Origin: Catajapyx aquilonaris
Lineage: Eukaryota
Direction: 5' to 3'
DNA: 64,000 nucleotides
Assembly: GCA_000934665.2 (NCBI GenBank)
Contig: KZ538518.1
Coordinates: 1 to 64,000, forward strand
Part shown: positions 53,300 through 64,000 of the stretch, piece after piece
Position numbering within the stretch: the first letter of the stretch is position 1
Layout of the letters: each line of letters opens with the position of its first letter
Program-made: the position numbers and the translations under genes
Notes under the pieces: model-generated
The model's input: only the letters and a program-made list of their open reading frames with translations
Told to the model about the DNA's origin: nothing
Database searches by the model: none

Positions 53300-54073
53300 T
53301 ACCTCTACACTGACTCAGATGGAGTGGAAGATGGTGTTATCACATCTGTAGGGTTCATAGGGTCACATTTCCAATCATCATCACCATCACGACATTTCCA
53401 TATAAGGGGTAGCCAGCGATGACAGGAGCCACAAGCTAACCCAAAATATGAACTAAATTAAAACTTGTAAAAATAAACCTATAAACAACCCGTCCCGCCC
53501 CCCACCCCTGCCCATCTCAGACGACAAACACTCAATATTAAATTTAAATATTACACTATACAACGTGGTACTTTGCGAAATCAAGTTCCCCCCCCCCCTC
53601 CCACCCAACCCCCCTGATATGCATAAACCTGTGGAGAGCCCAAGCCAACCACCAATGACAATGGGATGCCATTAATAATGGATCTTTTAAGAGAGTAGAA
53701 AATGTGAAGAGTATTTGAAGGGCTTGCTGCAACAATGGGCTAATCCCCATTTAGTAAAAATTGTTCTATTGGGCGATTCAAGACCTCGTTGATGGGAAAA
53801 TACATTAATTTCACATTGCTACAGAAACTCCCTCATATTTTGGTACATATTTGAAGGATTTATTGCAGGTTGAAGTTCATGAATAAGGAATATTTTTCAC
53901 TTCCACCATCATGACTGTGTTGTGGGTTAGCCTATTGTTAGCAGTAAGCCCTTCATTTGTGTCAAAGCCAGATGTGGGATTTTGTGAAATGCAGGTGCAT
54001 CACTGAAGCCATAATCTAGCTGTCTGGCCAGTAACTTAACATCTGGGTAACTGCAGTGATCATGTGTCATGTA

Positions 54074-54152
54074 CTATCGGCGCGGAAATGATACGGACAC
54101 TTGTCAATGTTCAGCTTACTCCCAAGTGTCCGTACCATTTCCGTGCCGACAG
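54074..54152. mobile_element. 79-bp hairpin MITE, TA TSD
   Basis: GTA-CTATCGGCGCGGAAATGATACGGACACTTG ... CAAGTGTCCGTACCATTTCCGTGCCGACAG-TAC. Confidence 0.72.
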
Positions 54153-54298
54153 TACACTGTTAGGGGTTTAACTGTCAGGTTTAACTTAGTTTGGATAAAG
54201 TTGTTAAGGACCAGTTTACAACTGTAGGTTTGATTGTGGTTGTAACCATCGGTCATGTATAACCTTCATGCATATTTAACTTTCACTTACCTTTTAAG

Positions 54299-54400
54299 GC
54301 TGCTGGCGATGCCCCAGCTGCTCCTGCAAAGGCTGAGGCTGAACCCATCCAGGCGGTGGCGGCAGACGCAGCTGGAGTGGCCTCCGGTGGCGAAGAGTAG
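54299..54400 (+). CDS. Akap200: Akap200-like terminal coding exon (33 aa + TAG)
   Basis: Acceptor tttcacttaccttttaag ending 54298; AAGDAPAAPAKAEAEPIQAVAADAAGVASGGEE then TAG at 54398-54400. Confidence 0.82.
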   Translation, partial: AAGDAPAAPAKAEAEPIQAVAADAAGVASGGEE

Positions 54401-56615
54401 TGTTCCCACCCTCACCAGGGGAAACCAACGGTGTTTAACCTATCCCTTTGTCTGTACAGTCTTGAATGTTGCGAGACCATTCCACAACAACAACAGCATC
54501 TACGACAACTGCGACGACAACAACAAACACTACAACTACTCTATTGTGGGGCTTCTGGATTGGAATCATGACAGGCAAAAAACGAGAGAAAATGCACCGG
54601 TATTTTGATTCCTGATTTACGCCGACCCTAGTAACGATGCCAATGTGTGTACGCGTTTATAAAATATCTTGCATTGCAGTAACGCGGGAAAAAAAATGAA
54701 GAAAAAGGGGGGAAGAAAAGCTAGTTCAGGGCACATGGCGATAAAGAAGGAAGAAGGTGCCTGTGCCTTTTTGGTTGGTAGATGGACTCTGTCATTTATT
54801 TTATAATTTACTTTTGTTCCACCATGCCCCAATATGCTACCCAATAACATCCCCAGCTCCCTTGCCTCCCACTGACAACTGAAAGTTGTATACGATAGCC
54901 CTCCACTAAACAGAAGGTAAAACTGCCCCAAGCCTTCCAATAATATTGCATCAAGTTTTCATTGCTCATGAAAGTCGAATGGTCTGACGCTGCTATACAA
55001 AAATAGATACCATTTTTTTTGTTAGTTGGGGTTATAAAAACAAGTGAATGTGTGAAGAACAAAAAAACAACAAAAAAAGAATGAACAGAGAAGTTCAACA
55101 TTAGAGTTCTTTTGTAGCATATTAAAATTATCCCAGGAATAAGCAAAATACAGGAAGTATTAGGTTTTTTAAACTGTGGATAGCAGTGAGTTTGCTTTTT
55201 TTGGTCAATAAGTTAACATGTGATTTTTTTTCTCGTATTTTCCTATACCAATTTCTACTGTACATTTTTGAGGACATTTTCATACATTGTATTACATCAA
55301 TGCGTTTCCTACTTTAGCCGAAGTTATGGGAGTTTTGTGCCTGGAAAAATTTTCACACCACCAAACTGTAGTTGAATGTTCTTTTCTTATAATGAATAAT
55401 TGCATGCATTGCAACCAAGTGTTAGAAAGAAGTGTGATTGGTCCATGTTGTTTTGGCAGCTCAACTCTGTGGCCATTTTCTACCCTAAGCCCCTCATTTT
55501 TACCAATGAAGTGAGAATTTTTTAGAGCGATTTAAGATAAGGTCATCCAGTCCCTAAATTTTTGTAACCCACTTGAGCAGGATTCATGTGGGCTGCAAAG
55601 CGAAAACCAAAATTCTTGTTTTACTGAAGTGGTGAATTCGGATCCCCCTTCCCTCCCCACTGGAACGTAGATATGTACACAACGAAAAAAAAAAAAAAAA
55701 CCAAACAAATTGACACGAGACCAGACGGAGGTTTGACAGTTGTTGCGAAATCCAGGCCAAGGACTAGCCTAGAGAATTTGAAAAAAAAATTTATATATAT
55801 CTTACAAAAAATAACTAGGACAAGTTGTGGTCAAGTTGGTGTATTTAAAACGAAAACCCAAAAAATGGTGTTCTTGTGTGTGTTTTGATGTGAGTGTTCA
55901 TGCTGTGCAGGCTGAAAAAAAAAATGGGAAAAAATATATGAATTTTTTTTTTTGCTTTTCTTCCTATGAACTTGGTTGTTGTGGCATGCAAAGTATGAGG
56001 GAAAGTGGGAGAAATGGACTTTTTGGGAGGGGCTAGCGGGAGTGGGTAGGGAATGGGGGTACTGAGAGGGCTGAATTGTACTTTGCTCCACAATAACCTG
56101 GAAAAGATGCTCATCTCAAGTCGGTGCGTTCTAACCTTGCGGATGTGGCCCTCTTTGCACGCCAGTCGCGGCCTTCAGTCCTGATACTGGTGGCCGCGGG
56201 ACCAATAGCAGCGGGAAATACAGGTGCTGGTCTGCGGAGGCGCACAAAAGGGGGCGGGCACTACAGGGTTAGGACGAGCCAACTTGATGCGACAAATGAT
56301 TTTGCTTCCAGCTTTGTAAAATTCTTTCAGTGGTTTCAGGAGTCCTGTTGTAATACGAACTTTTTTGTATTCTTACTATTAATCTGGAAAAAAATACCAT
56401 GTAGTGTGTATAGTGGTGCTTCCTCCCCATCCGGTCAATCTCAATGCACCCTTCCCATCGCCCCACCACCTACAAGGCCCAAGAAATCCCTCCCCCCTCC
56501 CAAAAATTTCCAACCACCCTAAAAATTGCCACCCAATAATCATAAATGCTGCTCTTGCTGATGTGTAAGAAATTCTCTAGATAGTGGAATAAAACCTTTG
56601 TTATAAGACGATACC
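54401..56615 (+). other. 3' UTR of the Akap200-like gene (about 2.2 kb)
   Basis: A/U-run-rich sequence after the stop; AATAAA at 56588-56593 followed by T-rich then G/T-rich sequence. The exact cleavage site is inferred. Confidence 0.55.
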
Positions 56616-56900
56616 GTTTTTATTAATTGGGGGACGAGGATGGGATGTGTTGAGAAGGGAAGGGACTAGGGGCAGGTTGGGGGGAGGGCTTGCCTGGAGT
56701 TCATGCTCGAGGTGTGTAGATGTGATGGGACATGCATGCAACCTCTTGGTAATGCTGGGTTCTTGATTCCTGAACTGTCATCTGAATTTTTGTTATTTTT
56801 TTTTGAAAAGTGAGAAGAAATTGTGACTGGGAGGGGGAACTACAGTTTTCACCACATGAAACTCATGACCATTTCTGGAAGGTTACATGGTTGTTTCTAA

Positions 56901-57748
56901 CAAGGGAAGGTCACGGTGATAATGACGGATCTTGATAAAATTTAACATGCTAATACAGGACAATATAATTGATACCCAAAAATGAAATATTTCATGCGGA
57001 GGCCCATATTTGCAAAAGTTATGACGTCTTAAAAGTTCCAAAAAAAAAAAAACCTTTTCATTGAGTTCATAATGGGATTACATTAGCGACCACATAATTG
57101 AAGGGTTCGGGAGAAGAAGGTGATAACTGATAACCCTCAAAATTAGTAGTTCCGCCATCTTGGAATATGTGGCTTGTTCCCTTTTACCTGCACTGCTTGC
57201 ATGTATCAACTGCTCTTTGACATGCAGTCCTGCCCTCTCTGGTCTGTTTAGGAAACTAAACAACCTTCACAAAGGAAGCTCCAGGGGGCAGGATATCATT
57301 GCATTTAAAAACTTAATTACGACCCATTTGAGGGTTATCACCTTCTCCCGAACCCTTCAATTATAAGACCACATTGAAGTGTGTAATCAGTTTCTACACT
57401 TGGTCTCATCGGAAAAAAGTCCTACATAACGGCTCTGTATCTCTTACGGTTTAGGCCTTGATACCTGTCCACAGACGGACGGATGGACAGAGCCGTTCTG
57501 TAGGACTTTTTTCCAATGAGAAAAAATTTGTAGAAACTGATTACACACTTCAATGTCATTATATGTGGTCACTAATGTAATCCCATTATGAATGAAAATG
57601 CATTATTTTTGGAACTTTAAGACGTCATAACTTTTGCAAATATGGGCCTCCGCACGAAATATTTCATTTTTGGGTATCATATATTGTCCTGTATTAGCAT
57701 GTTAAATTTCATCAAGATCCGTCATTATCACCCCGTGACCTTCCCTTG
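56901..57748. mobile_element. Foldback element with long inverted arms and 3-bp TAA TSD
   Basis: TAA-CAAGGGAAGGTCACGG ... CCGTGACCTTCCCTTG-TAA; arms match over more than 250 bp once the nested insert is removed. Confidence 0.85.
57097..57361. mobile_element. MITE nested in the left arm of the foldback element
   Basis: TA-ATTGAAGGGTTCGGGAGAAG ... CTTCTCCCGAACCCTTCAAT-TA; absent from the mirror position in the right arm. Confidence 0.75.
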
Positions 57749-57917
57749 TAAGTTAATATGCATGGTGGTATGGTACAGTAGAGTACAGTACACTCCTTGA
57801 TTGATAAACCCAAACAAGTCATTCTCATGCTATTCATGCAGAATTACTTGCATTGGATTTACCATTCATCATGCAACTGGCCCATAGGTGACACTTCCTA
57901 TAATGGGGCAAGACTGT

Positions 57918-58035
57918 ACCTTATTATCTCACTTAAAACAGCATGCCGGTGTAGTTGAGGTCGACTGGATTTTAGAAATGCATGATCTGGTGGCTATACC
58001 GGCATGCCGGTCTAAGTGAGATGCAGGTATAAGGT
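57918..58035. mobile_element. Small degenerate hairpin MITE
   Basis: ATCTCACTTAAAACAGCATGCCGGTGTAG ... CTATACCGGCATGCCGGTCTAAGTGAGAT; ends not sharply defined. Confidence 0.5.
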
Positions 58036-58048
58036 GAGGTTTTCTTAA

Positions 58049-58310
58049 CCCTTAACTGGCATCCTCATTTAGCCATGCTTAACTGGTAACGTGGGGTCCT
58101 TTTTGGACCCCAAGACGACTAGTGACCGTTTAAATGACGTTAACTCCCATTCGAAATTTTTTTCGTCGCTCATAATTTTTTTTCAGGTGCGAAAGAGTTT
58201 ATTTCAGGAATATAGGTGTGGGAATTTTCATTTTGACAAAAACCTGCTTCAAGGTGGTGACATACGTATACCCTGGGGTCCAAAAAGGACCCCACGATAC
58301 CAATTAAGGG
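58049..58310. mobile_element. piggyBac-like non-autonomous element
   Basis: TTAA-CCCTTAACTGG ... CCAATTAAGGG ends; subterminal inverted GTGGGGTCCTTTTTGGACCCCA and TGGGGTCCAAAAAGGACCCCAC; the right flank reads TACA rather than TTAA. Confidence 0.5.
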
Positions 58311-58544
58311 TACAGCATTATCACAATCTTGGTGAAAATTATTATTGTTACTAAAACTAATGCATTGCACCATGTTCTATGGTGTGGATACAGCCCAGGA
58401 CACTTCTATTGCCCGACACATCCCATAAGATAGTTCGTTACGTTCTTTCACGGCAACATTTTCAATTAAGTGCAAAGCTGCAAGAAGGGAAGCATACCTA
58501 CCAGGATATTTCATATTATGTTGGGTTTGGATTTTATTATCTGA

Positions 58545-59222
58545 CAAGGGACATCTGGCAGGTGATAACGGATCTGGATGAACCTGAATATGCTAATGAA
58601 GGATAATATATGATAACCAAAAACGAAATATTTCATTCTGAAGCCCATATTTGCAAAAGTTATGACATGTTAAAGTGACAAAAATGGAACATTTCCACAC
58701 ACTGTGATTATGTTAGCGACCACATATATTGACATTGAAGTGTTTAATCAGTTTTATTGTACCAAATACACATGATTTAACTGTCATATAATTCATTTAC
58801 ACATAGCAGTTCACTTTTTAATGAATAGTTTAAACAGAAACCAATATTGCAATGTATACAACAAATGAAGCTCATCTCATTACATGTAGCATACTAACTT
58901 GTCACTCGCTAAGTTGTCTAAGGCTCAAAGCAGAACTATTGGTGTGGTGAATGGTGCATTTTGTATGACAGTTAAATAATGTGTATTTGGTACAAAAAAA
59001 ACTCATTACACACTTCAATATCATTATACTGTATGTGGTTGCTAACATAATCCTATTGCATATGGAAATGTACAATTTTTGTCACTTTAACACGTCATAA
59101 CTTGCAAATATGAGCTTCAGCACAAAATATTTCATTTTTGGTTATCATAATTATATTGTCCTTTATTATAATAGCATAATTATTCAGTTTCATCCAGATT
59201 ATCACCTGCGATATTTCCCTTG
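58545..59222. mobile_element. Second, diverged foldback element of the CAAGGGA family, 3-bp TGA TSD
   Basis: TGA-CAAGGGA ... TCCCTTG-TGA; shares GCCCATATTTGCAAAAGTTATGAC, TTAGCGACCACATA and ACATTGAAGTGT with the 56.9-kb copy but has a different centre. Confidence 0.8.
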
Positions 59223-59501
59223 TGAGTAATGAGGCTTCTCATAAGACAAATTGGTACCACTACACAAAGTGATCCTCTGATTGCCAACGAGGTCTGCGAC
59301 CAGCAAACTATTGAGCAAAACTAAGGCCTGAAGGAATTTGCCTGGGTCCTTTGTAATGTTTAGGTGGGGTTACCCTCTCAAAGCAGGCTGAATATGGGAT
59401 TGGTCTATGTCCTGTGCAACAGATGCACTGGCACATTTTTAATTGTAAAATTATTTTAGTACAGCACCAGATGCATTCCAAAAAAACTGACAAGGATCAA
59501 A

Positions 59502-59567
<66 letters not shown>
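59502..59567. repeat. (ATT)n microsatellite
   Basis: About 22 uninterrupted ATT units. Confidence 0.95.
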
Positions 59568-59568
<1 letters not shown>

Positions 59569-59569
<1 letters not shown>

Positions 59570-59600
59570 TAGCAGGATACCCGGCGTTGCTCGGGTTATG
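59569..59600 (-). mobile_element. Helitron-like 3' terminus
   Basis: Minus strand reads CCCGAGCAACGCCGGG (GC hairpin), TATCCTG, CTAG, then T: the hairpin + CTRR end typical of Helitrons. 5' end not identified. Confidence 0.55.
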
Positions 59601-60731
59601 AAATACTTTTCCATGTAGGTGTAAGTCATTGATTTGGTAGTAACCTTTGAAATAATTATGGCTATACAATGTTGGCATACCTGTTACATGGAGCATATTG
59701 CATGTGCATGAAGTCCAAACACCAAACTGCGGATGTCAGATTGTAAGAGAGAGTACACAATACGCCTTAAAAATCCAGCTAAAGTTTATAATGGAAAATT
59801 GAAGGTTGTGCAGTAAATGTAGGATAGCATTGAAAGACCGGCACCTCTCTTAGTCATTCCCCAACCCCAAAATGGCCAATCTGGCCTGGATGACTGTGCC
59901 ACAGGCAGCTGTGGGGTCGCTGGAGAACTCAAGGCCCACCACCACGTTAAGGTTAAGGTTAAGTAAAAATGCGGTAGGTGCATTTTTGAGGGAATTTTAA
60001 ATTTTTGTGGCGAAACGCACCGTTAATCGGAAAAATCACGAAGAAGGTGCCCTGCGCCAAGTCAGCTATGTAGCTGCACAGGGCAGCTACATAGCTGACG
60101 CGTTTTGGTGTCGTCAGCCATTTGCATTTCAATATGGCGGCACAATATGTGCACTTACCCCGGGTGTGCACTTCCCCCACTCCACCCTAATTAAAAAAAA
60201 GTCATGTGGGAGTGATTCTATGTGCGTATTTATTAAAATGTGGTTTGTATACTGTGACCCCATTTGTATGATTCAAATGATGACCTGCTCAGTAGCCTAT
60301 TGGACCGACCTTTTCTTATTCGATGCATCCAGCTGGTCAGATCCAGCCGTCCGCTTGTCGTGCAGTGCGGACTGATGGAGCGGACCTCTTCGGTGTGCAT
60401 ATCATCGGTGTGCTTCGCTTCGATGTGCATCGGTGTGAAACTAGTGGCCTCAACGCATTGCCAGGTAATTAATACTAATAGTGATTAACATTCCTGCTTA
60501 AACCTGCATTTATCTGAAGTGATATGTTTCGTGCATCAAGTGGGCCACCTTTTTGTAATAATGGCAATATTTGAGTACGGTATGTCGCAGTGACCATATA
60601 CATGTACGTACTGTAGTACATAATCTGTACGACGTGTAATTAGTGCAACACTACAAGGTGCCAAATCTGCCAATTTGCACTATTTTTTTTATGTGCGTAA
60701 CTCGAAGATCAGGTCAAATATGACATTTTAT

Positions 60732-60908
60732 TAGGGTGAAGTGGGGGAAGTGCACACCCGGGGTACCCGGCCCGGGGTAAGTGCACATATTGTGCCGCCA
60801 TATTGGAATGAAAATGGCTGAAAATGGTGTCGTCAGCCATTTTCATTCCAATATGGCGGCACAATATATGCACTTACCTCGGGTGTGCACTTCCCCCACT
60901 TCACCCTA
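60732..60908. mobile_element. Palindromic MITE (TAGGGTGAAGTGGGGGAAG ends); a solo right arm lies at 60106-60189
   Basis: TAGGGTGAAGTGGGGGAAGTGCACACCCG ... CGGGTGTGCACTTCCCCCACTTCACCCTA; the same arm sequence occurs at 60106-60189. Confidence 0.75.
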
Positions 60909-62419
60909 CGTGTATTTGAAACGCAGTCATATTGGTCATACTCAAGCTGCTTTAAAAATCCAATAATTATTAAATATGCCGCCCAATTTTTAACTGATAT
61001 TGATTAATTGGCCCCTATACGTTTTATTTTCAGTGGCACTCCACGTAAAATTTGGTTGCCAATATTTAAATAAAATTAAATGTCAGATGGGTAATAAATG
61101 CGTAGTCACAATAAGATCTAAATTTTACGAATACTATTTGCGTTTAAAAAATTCATATCGCATCTGATAACTTGTATAACTAGGCAGCAATAAACACCGT
61201 TGTCAGTGACTGGTTTAAAAAAGATAAACTGAATTATGTGAGGCCATCATTATTAAGTGCTTTTGTGAACAGAAAGTTTCAGAATTTTTATTGGCGTTTA
61301 TGGATGACTTGTGAAAAATTAATGGTTAATTTGAACATATAATTATGTCGATCCAAAAATAATTTTGCAAGTCTCATTTCAACAATTACTCGGTTGTCAT
61401 TAGGCAACAATGAGACGGCTGTTATCTTCAAACCTAATAATCGTCAGTAACTAGCCTATTTATGTCGAGTAGTTTTGATGAGAGCACCTATCGCATTGTT
61501 GCTTAATAACAATTAAGTAATTAAGTGACAGTTTAAAAATTATATCTGGAGAGACTATTATTTAGTTAATCGTTGAGTCAAGGTCATTCGCACACACTGA
61601 TTTTTTAAATAGATTGCTCCTTCCTCAACAGTGCTTAAATATGTTTTTTTAAACATAATGCGGTTTATATTTTTAAATCCGGCATTGACATCAGTGTCAT
61701 TATTACTACCTTATTATCAAATCGGGATTATTATATGCGATTTAGATAATTCAACACAAATGTTCGTGAAATTTAGGTCCCAATTGACTACATTTACGGA
61801 ACCCTGGCATTTAACGTGGATTTAATATTAGGCAATTAAAAATGGTCTGTTCTCCAGATTTTGCGTGAATCTCACCTTATTTTCAGTGCCATTCAAATAA
61901 ATTGTTGTGGTCAATTAATGATCAATCATCAAAGTTTTTGGCGACATTTATTTTAAATTTTTGGACAGGTTGAGTTACCTTCTTGTAGAGTGGAATTGCG
62001 TTTCAAATGATGCATAATTATATATTAAATGTATGATTTGACCTGACCTTTTTGGAGTTAACGGTCCTTCAATAAGTGAGAACATTGGGAGGGAAAATGC
62101 GGTGAAAATTGGAGCATTTGACTCCCTATAATTTTGCTACCACATGTCGTACTATACAGATAAACTATGTTACGTATACGTACGTGCACATACTTAAATG
62201 TGGTCAAAGGGTAGCAGTCGTAGCACTTTCGATGGGGAATGCATCTCATATTATTAGTGTCATATGTTGCGTAATGCTTGTGTAATACATGTTGCTCTTA
62301 TATTTGTTTCCAGTGCTCGGACAAAAATATCCTGCACGACCTTTCCATAACCAATGACACCCCATGCGATTAATTCGTATGATTTCCCACATTTCATTTG
62401 TGACATATTGTTTTAACAT

Positions 62420-62810
62420 AATGGCTATATTTCAAGCAAATTGAGGGTAAAAAAATTTAGTAGCATTTCAGTTCAGACTGATCCCTGCATTTTGATAACA
62501 GCTGACTTGAGTTACATTGATTGGATCCACACTATAATTGCGTTTGACTTAATTAACTACAACTGCTCTTATCTCCGTATTTAGCACTCAACTCTTGTAT
62601 TTCAATTGGTTAATGGTTATATTTCAGGCAACTTGAAGGTAAAAACAGGTTGGTAGCATTTCAGTTCGGACTGATCACTGATGCATTTTGATAACAGCTG
62701 ACTTGCATCTAAGCAAGGTACATTGATTGGATCGGATTGGATCCACACTAAATTGATGCATTTGACTTAATTATTAATAACTGCTATTATTCACAGTATT
62801 TAGCACGACT
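62420..62810. repeat. Diverged direct tandem duplication (unit about 190 bp, 2 copies)
   Basis: GTAGCATTTCAGTTC, TGCATTTTGATAACAGCTGACTTG, ATTGGATCCACACTA and GTATTTAGCAC each occur twice in the same order. Confidence 0.8.
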
Positions 62811-62951
62811 CCACTATGGCACCTCCATTGTCACCCTAATCTGAAAGGTCGTCGTCCCACTTAACTCTGACAACACGTCGTCGTTATACTGTACTGTACT
62901 GGTACAGCTCCGTCGATATCACACTACTACACTATAAAACCCAGTCGTCTT

Positions 62952-64000
62952 CGTCGTCCTCGACTGTACAGAGCGAGTGTACAACCCCCGTACTCATACA
63001 GTATATACAGTATGGGTACGAGGGGGTTGTATGTACAGTCCCCTCATACCAGTCATACTCATACTGTAACACACAATGCAACACCGTCGTCCTCGACTGT
63101 ACAGAGTGTACAACCCCCGTACTCATACAGTATACAGTATGGGCACGAGGGGGTTGTATGTACAGTCCCCTCATACCAGTCATACTCATACTGTAACACA
63201 CAATGCAACACCGTCGTCCTCGACTGTACAGAGTGTACAACCCCCGTACTCATACAGTATACAGTATGGGCACGAGGGGGTTGTATGTACAGTCCCCTCA
63301 TACCAGTCATAGCCTACTCATACTGTAATACAATGCAACACCGTCGTCCTCGACTGTACAGAGTGTACAACCCCCGTACTCATACAGCATACAGTATGGG
63401 TACGAGGGGGTTGTATGTACAGTCCCCTCATACCAGTCATACTCATACTGTAACACACAATGCAACACCGTCGTCCTCGACTGTACAGAGTGTACAACCC
63501 CCGTACTCATACAGTATACAGTATGGGCACGAGGGGGTTGTATGTACAGTCCCCTCATACCAGTCATACTCATACTGTAATACAATGCAACACCGTCGTC
63601 CTCGACTGTACAGAGTGTACAACCCCCGTACTCATACAGTATACAGTATGGGCACGAGGGGGTTGTACGTACAGTCCCCTCATACCAGTCATACTCATAC
63701 TGTAACACAATGCAACACCGTCGTCCTCGTCGTAGTCGACTGTACTACATAGTGTACGACCCCCTCGTACACATACTGTACCAAAATGCAACACAGTCGT
63801 CCTTGTCGTACTCTGTTATATACAACTGGTACAATACAGTCATCGCTCTAATCTGAAACCTCGTCGTTAACACTACGGTCCTGAAACTCAGTCATCGTCA
63901 TACTGTGCAAATATACCCTACTATGGAACACCGTCCTCGTCGTACTCGACTGTAGGCTACATAGTGTACAACCCCCTCATACTCATACTGTACCACAATG
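62952..64000. repeat. Tandem satellite/minisatellite, unit about 127 bp, 6 near-identical copies plus degenerate copies to the window end
   Basis: CCTCG anchor at 62958, 63091, 63218, 63348, 63475, 63600 and 63725; each unit contains an internal inverted repeat. Confidence 0.93.

Noticed and set aside
62932..63794. ORFs up to 246 aa, and a possible CRISPR-like array
   Set aside because: The ORFs cycle through frames of a tandem repeat; there are no unique spacers or cas genes and the context is eukaryotic.

Overview
Eukaryotic (animal, most likely arthropod) genomic DNA, not prokaryotic. The window is dominated by one plus-strand, intron-rich gene resembling Drosophila Akap200, a MARCKS-like scaffold. 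It has a myristoylation-type start MGGGQSKRSVDITTSPKK, a basic effector segment KKKQEKVKKKNSLRLSSFSFLRRQKK and a long acidic Ala/Pro/Glu/Lys disordered body. I can assemble seven phase-0 coding exons between 33058 and 54400 (608 aa), a probable non-coding first exon ending at 3579 (intron about 29 kb) and a 3' UTR ending near AATAAA at 56588. Reading the splice signals also suggests an 18-nt microexon (49197-49214), an internal alternative first exon (MSDAQ, 42063-42077) that would give a non-myristoylated isoform, and a divergent spliced non-coding transcript at 212-2330 on the minus strand. From 46 kb to 64 kb the sequence is packed with small non-autonomous elements: TA-flanked hairpin MITEs, a MITE nested in inverted orientation inside a copy of itself, two foldback elements with CTNAG targets, short and long forms of a tRNA-derived SINE, a Helitron-like end and a ~127-bp hairpin satellite. 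Almost all entries in the ORF track are spurious. All calls are by-eye; no searches or alignments were run.
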